IMG/VR virus record: IMGVR_UViG_3300031088_000645
From: an uncultured virus (IMG/VR IMGVR_UViG_3300031088_000645)
Lineage: Duplodnaviria; Heunggongvirae; Uroviricota; Caudoviricetes
Length of the DNA: 64,000 bases
Direction: 5' to 3' (one strand)
The number at the start of each line of letters is the position of its first letter. Positions within the stretch are counted from its first letter, which is position 1. Positions 63,967 through 64,000 of this stretch are shown here, one piece after another. The translations under genes and the position numbers were made by a program. The notes under the pieces were generated by a model that did not search any database, had not been told where the DNA came from, and saw nothing but the letters and a program-made list of their open reading frames with translations.

Positions 63967-64000
63967 AGGACTCTTTCTGTTGTGATTTAGTGTTGCTTCT

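Noticed and set aside
1..64000. Definite phage versus plasmid assignment
   Set aside because: No capsid, terminase, replication initiator, relaxase or T4SS gene in the window; cannot be decided here.

Overview
Gene-dense, moderate-GC window with no core housekeeping genes and no virion structural genes. It is built mostly from short monocistronic cassettes with actinobacterial SigA-type promoters (TTGACA-N17/18-TAGGGT/TAGTGT), many leaderless starts and bidirectional terminators. It is best read as the accessory region of a giant actinobacterial extrachromosomal element (megaplasmid or jumbo phage); this is inference. Recognisable content: an IS605/IS1341-type tnpB element, a DUF805 membrane protein, a DEDDh exonuclease with a BRCT-like domain, GatB/YqeY, two type IV pilin-like proteins, two FN3 surface proteins (one sortase-anchored), a PNK-like kinase, a HAD phosphatase, a SAM methyltransferase, two tRNA-Leu genes, acidic ArdA-like proteins, an orphan IetA-like AAA+ ATPase, a GH81 beta-1,3-glucanase, an AT-rich membrane ORF and a Ter stress cluster interrupted by an Arr-like ADP-ribosyltransferase. 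Most notable unexplained structure: (1) a ~1.3 kb promoter-driven cluster (40217-41487, minus strand) of abutting, separately closed structured RNA modules around the tRNAs, three of which share one fold; (2) unrelated proteins, including ArdA-like ones, sharing an N-terminal 'I.DKNGK.TTV' tag; (3) a phased array of four palindromes; (4) a ~53 bp AT-rich patch over the most conserved motif of the DUF475/TerC-like gene. All family calls are by eye from motifs; no searches or folding programs were run.
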